Positions 7,886-10,103 of a stretch of 10,103 bases of DNA are shown one piece after another. Positions within the stretch are counted from its first letter, which is position 1, and every line of letters starts with the position of its first letter. This stretch comes from a virus. The translations under genes were made by a program, and so were the position numbers. Below the pieces are notes generated by a model. It did not search any database. It was not told the DNA's origin and saw only the letters and a list, made by a program, of their open reading frames with translations. The stretch lies in the UHGV virus genome UHGV-0293072; one strand, written 5' to 3'.

Positions 7886-8341
7886 ATGACTGAACGTATC
7901 AGCGGTGGATCATTCGATGTGAACTACGACGCCATCATGATTCACGTCGAAAACGCCACCGTCACCATTACGGACAACAGCGCGGTTGCGCAGTCGCGTG
8001 GCATCCCGAACGGCCACACGAAAGGGTCAGTTTCGGCGGATGTGGAAGTCGAAGTCGATTCCCAGAATTTTAAAAAGTTTACGGCTGTGGCCCGCGCCGC
8101 AGGCTCATGGCGGGCCATTCCGGCAAAGGACTTTTTGTTCTATGCCAATGCCGGGGACGACGAAGAAAAAATCGAAGTGTTTGGCTGTGTTCCGATGTTG
8201 TCCGACATCGTCAACATCAACCCTAACGAGGCCAGTAAAACCACGAAAAAAATTAAATTCATGGTGACAAGCCCGGATTTTGTCGCGATTGACGGCGTGC
8301 CGTACCTGTCTGCCCGTGACACTCGCGATCTGAAAGGCTGA
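7886..8341 (+). CDS. Tail tube-like protein
   Basis: 151-aa ORF with GGAGAG Shine-Dalgarno, immediately after the sheath-like gene. Size and position are typical of a contractile-tail tube protein. Assignment is by context. Confidence 0.6.
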   Translation: MTERISGGSFDVNYDAIMIHVENATVTITDNSAVAQSRGIPNGHTKGSVSADVEVEVDSQNFKKFTAVARAAGSWRAIPAKDFLFYANAGDDEEKIEVFGCVPMLSDIVNINPNEASKTTKKIKFMVTSPDFVAIDGVPYLSARDTRDLKG

Positions 8342-8345
8342 CACG

Positions 8346-8657
8346 ATGATGAATGGAGAGGCATCACTGCTGGAAAAACTGTTGCTTATCGGGGCCGTGA
8401 TCGGACTGGGGCAACTGATGGCAAGCAATGAGCAAATCACAGCCCGTTTGCTGATCGGGCGGATGATTCTGGGATCGGCGGTCGCACCACTGGCCGCAAT
8501 CCCGCTGCTGAAATTTCCTGAAATGCCGGAACTGGTCGTCATTGGTCTGGCCTGCGCCCTGGGCATTCTGGGGAGCGCGTTTATTGAGGCAGGGCTAAAG
8601 CGCTGCCTGGATATGTATATCAAGCGATGGGGGAGCAAGCGCAATGAAACTGAGTGA
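8346..8657 (+). CDS. Holin (three predicted transmembrane segments, dual ATG-ATG start)
   Basis: 103 aa with three hydrophobic stretches (LLLIGAVIGLGQLMA, LLIGRMILGSAVAPLAAIPLL, LVVIGLACALGILGSAFI) and a charged C-terminus. It directly precedes and overlaps the endolysin gene. Confidence 0.7.
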   Translation: MMNGEASLLEKLLLIGAVIGLGQLMASNEQITARLLIGRMILGSAVAPLAAIPLLKFPEMPELVVIGLACALGILGSAFIEAGLKRCLDMYIKRWGSKRNETE

Positions 8658-8982
8658 AAAACAGCAACTTTTCACGGTGATGATCGCCAACCTGATTCAT
8701 TTTGCCGAAGACAAGGGCTATCGCCTGACGTTTGGCGAAGCGTACCGCACACCAGAGCAGGCCGCGATCAACGCAAAAAAAGGGAGTGGCATTGCTAACA
8801 GCCTGCATACCCAGCGCCTGGCCGTGGACTTTAACCTGTTTGTTAACGGCGAATACCAGACCGACAGCGCCGCTTATCGCCCGCTGGGTGAATACTGGGA
8901 ATCCATCGGTGGATCATGGGGTGGCCGTTTCAGTAAGCCGGACGGCAACCATTTCAGTCTTGAGCATAACGGGGTGAGCTGA
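8644..8982 (+). CDS. Endolysin, peptidase M15 family (zinc-dependent cell-wall peptidase)
   Basis: 112 aa with an H-x6-D motif (SLHTQRLAVD) and a second His (GNHFSLEH), consistent with M15 zinc ligands. GGGGGAG Shine-Dalgarno upstream; start overlaps the holin 3' end. Confidence 0.75.
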   Translation: MKLSEKQQLFTVMIANLIHFAEDKGYRLTFGEAYRTPEQAAINAKKGSGIANSLHTQRLAVDFNLFVNGEYQTDSAAYRPLGEYWESIGGSWGGRFSKPDGNHFSLEHNGVS

Positions 8983-9365
8983 TGCGAAATGTGCTGGGTC
9001 TTTTGTTGATTCTGGCCGCTGCTATGTGGGCGGGCTGGCAGGCGCATGACTGGCACGACGCAAAGCTGAAACTCGCTGCCAGCGAAGCGGCAGAACAAAC
9101 GCGCCAGATTGTCGTTGAGGTGACGCGGCAGTCTGGTGAAGCGCTGGAAGCAAAACTCGCGGGGCTTAAAGCCAATGAAATTCATACGGAACGGGTTATC
9201 CGCACGGAAACCATTAAGCCGGTTTTTAGCAACGTTTGTGCTTCTGATGATTACGTCCGGCTGTTCAACGAAAGTGCAGATCAAGCCGAGCGAGAATTAT
9301 CAGGAAAACCAGATGACACTTTGCCCGGTAAGACCACCACGTCTGGCCGGACCGACAGGAAATGA
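8982..9365 (+). CDS. i-spanin (Rz-like)
   Basis: 127 aa with an N-terminal transmembrane anchor (LGLLLILAAAMWAGW) followed by a charged, helical periplasmic domain. ATG overlaps the endolysin stop (TGATG). Contains an embedded +1-frame lipoprotein ORF. Confidence 0.7.
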   Translation: MRNVLGLLLILAAAMWAGWQAHDWHDAKLKLAASEAAEQTRQIVVEVTRQSGEALEAKLAGLKANEIHTERVIRTETIKPVFSNVCASDDYVRLFNESADQAERELSGKPDDTLPGKTTTSGRTDRK

Positions 9366-9471
9366 TTTTGACGCGGCGCTGACAGCCTACCGGCAGATGT
9401 ATACCGACTGCGCCGCCCGACATAACGCCCTAGTGGGCATCATTCGACAACGTAAGGAATTAACACAATGA
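9175..9471 (+). CDS. o-spanin (Rz1-like outer-membrane lipoprotein), embedded in and extending beyond the i-spanin gene
   Basis: +1-frame ORF inside Rz. Signal peptide with lipobox-like TSGC (Cys at 9262-9264), Pro-rich mature part with additional Cys. Start is ambiguous: ATG 9175, or GTG 9136 with GAGGTGA upstream. Its stop TGA 9469-9471 overlaps the next ATG. Confidence 0.6.
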   Translation: MKFIRNGLSARKPLSRFLATFVLLMITSGCSTKVQIKPSENYQENQMTLCPVRPPRLAGPTGNDFDAALTAYRQMYTDCAARHNALVGIIRQRKELTQ

Positions 9472-9737
9472 GTAAACCGAACAAAATCACCATGACCGTG
9501 GCGGGTGTCAATCTGAGCTTTGAGCCGAATAAAACCGCGTTCAATAACCTGATTAACGAAATGACCATGACCAATAAGATTGCGCCAATGGCGACGTATC
9601 TGGGGCGTATCGTTGATGCCGACTGTAAAGAGGCACTTAGCAAGCTGATGGAAGATTATCCGGGTTGCGAAATGCAGATCGTTGAAAAGGTTAACGAGAT
9701 TTACTCCCCCAAACTTGAGATCGAAGTAAAAAACTGA
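9468..9737 (+). CDS. Putative tail assembly chaperone (G-like) with a 3'-terminal -1 slippery site
   Basis: 89-aa ORF with AAGGA Shine-Dalgarno. It ends ...GTA AAA AAC TGA with heptamer A_AAA_AAC in the zero frame, and the -1 frame is open from there to the window end. Position ahead of the presumed tape-measure region fits the conserved chaperone frameshift arrangement. Confidence 0.5.
   Translation: MSKPNKITMTVAGVNLSFEPNKTAFNNLINEMTMTNKIAPMATYLGRIVDADCKEALSKLMEDYPGCEMQIVEKVNEIYSPKLEIEVKN
9728..9734 (+). promoter_or_regulatory. Candidate -1 programmed ribosomal frameshift heptamer A_AAA_AAC
   Basis: Canonical X_XXY_YYZ slippery pattern in the correct phase, 1 nt before the zero-frame stop. 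No downstream pseudoknot or stem-loop was evaluated. Confidence 0.45.
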
Positions 9738-10103
9738 CGGCGCGGGTAGCGGCCATTCGCACGAATGCCCTGGAGCAATACCTTGCCTTGAGCGCGTCCT
9801 CTGCTACGCCTTTGGAACCCACTTCTGCAAGTGCGGCGTTCATCTCATACGCCGGACCCACCACGCCCGCGATGGACTGCGCCACGCCCCAGACAGCCGC
9901 CGCACCGATCCCGATTTTTGTAAAAGACGCCTGCGATTTTTCAGCAAAGCCGGACAACGAAGATGCGATGAAAGGTGCAATGGCGGGCCTGTCCGATATG
10001 GACCTGCCCCGCGTCACCATCGCGGCCAATACCCTGGCGGCAGGCGTCAAGGCCAGCGGCGAAGAGGCAGGCGAATACATCGGTGCGATGGCGTCACGTT
10101 TCA
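9728..10103 (+). CDS. -1 frame extension of the chaperone (GT-like fusion) and/or 5' part of the next tail gene; truncated by the window end
   Basis: The -1 frame has no stop from 9719 to 10103 (over 125 codons). High-quality codon usage from about 9968 (MKGAMAGLSDMDLPRVTIAANTLAAGVKASGEEAGEYIGAMASRF). No good Shine-Dalgarno before the in-frame ATGs at 9872 or 9968, favouring access by frameshifting. Confidence 0.4.

Noticed and set aside
9691-10080. 129-aa minus-strand ORF with seemingly good codon usage (..KIGIGAAAVWGVAQSIAGVVGPAYEMNAALAEVGSK..)
   Set aside because: It shares its wobble position with the open plus-strand -1 frame (both third positions fall on coordinates congruent to 1 mod 3), so it is the expected shadow of a GC3-rich plus-strand gene. 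Its 5' 40 codons contain three AGG plus ATA and CGG, and it overlaps the chaperone 3' end. No inverted-duplication signature like that at 7147-7497 was found around it.
1-10103. tRNA, rRNA, CRISPR repeats, IS elements or integrase/att sites
   Set aside because: No cloverleaf-like candidates, no regularly spaced direct repeats, and no transposase- or integrase-like ORFs were seen; coding density is accounted for by phage late genes.

Overview
This window is a tightly packed late-gene block of a P2-family-like prophage, and its most notable feature is a tail sheath-like gene split by an inverted internal segment. All functional calls rest on gene order, size, motifs and recalled family resemblance; no database search was run. 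Layout: a leftward terminase ATPase gene (147-1958), a divergent AT-rich promoter region (1959-2135), then one rightward operon: scaffold, major capsid, small terminase, head-completion (2136-5528), two neck/tail-completion genes (5525-6693), a sheath-like and tube-like pair (6696-8341), a holin/endolysin/spanin lysis cassette (8346-9471), and a putative tail assembly chaperone ending in a -1 slippery heptamer whose shifted frame runs to the window end. Three lesions stand out. (1) The sheath-like gene has a 307-bp internal segment (7162-7468) in inverted orientation, flanked by abutting inverted duplications of 15 and 29 bp; reversing it restores a clean 380-codon ORF. (2) The head-completion gene carries an in-frame TAA (5346-5348). 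(3) The portal gene expected downstream of the terminase is not intact at the left edge. Together these suggest a tail- and possibly head-defective (cryptic) prophage, or an assembly problem. No tRNA, rRNA, CRISPR array or IS element was recognised.
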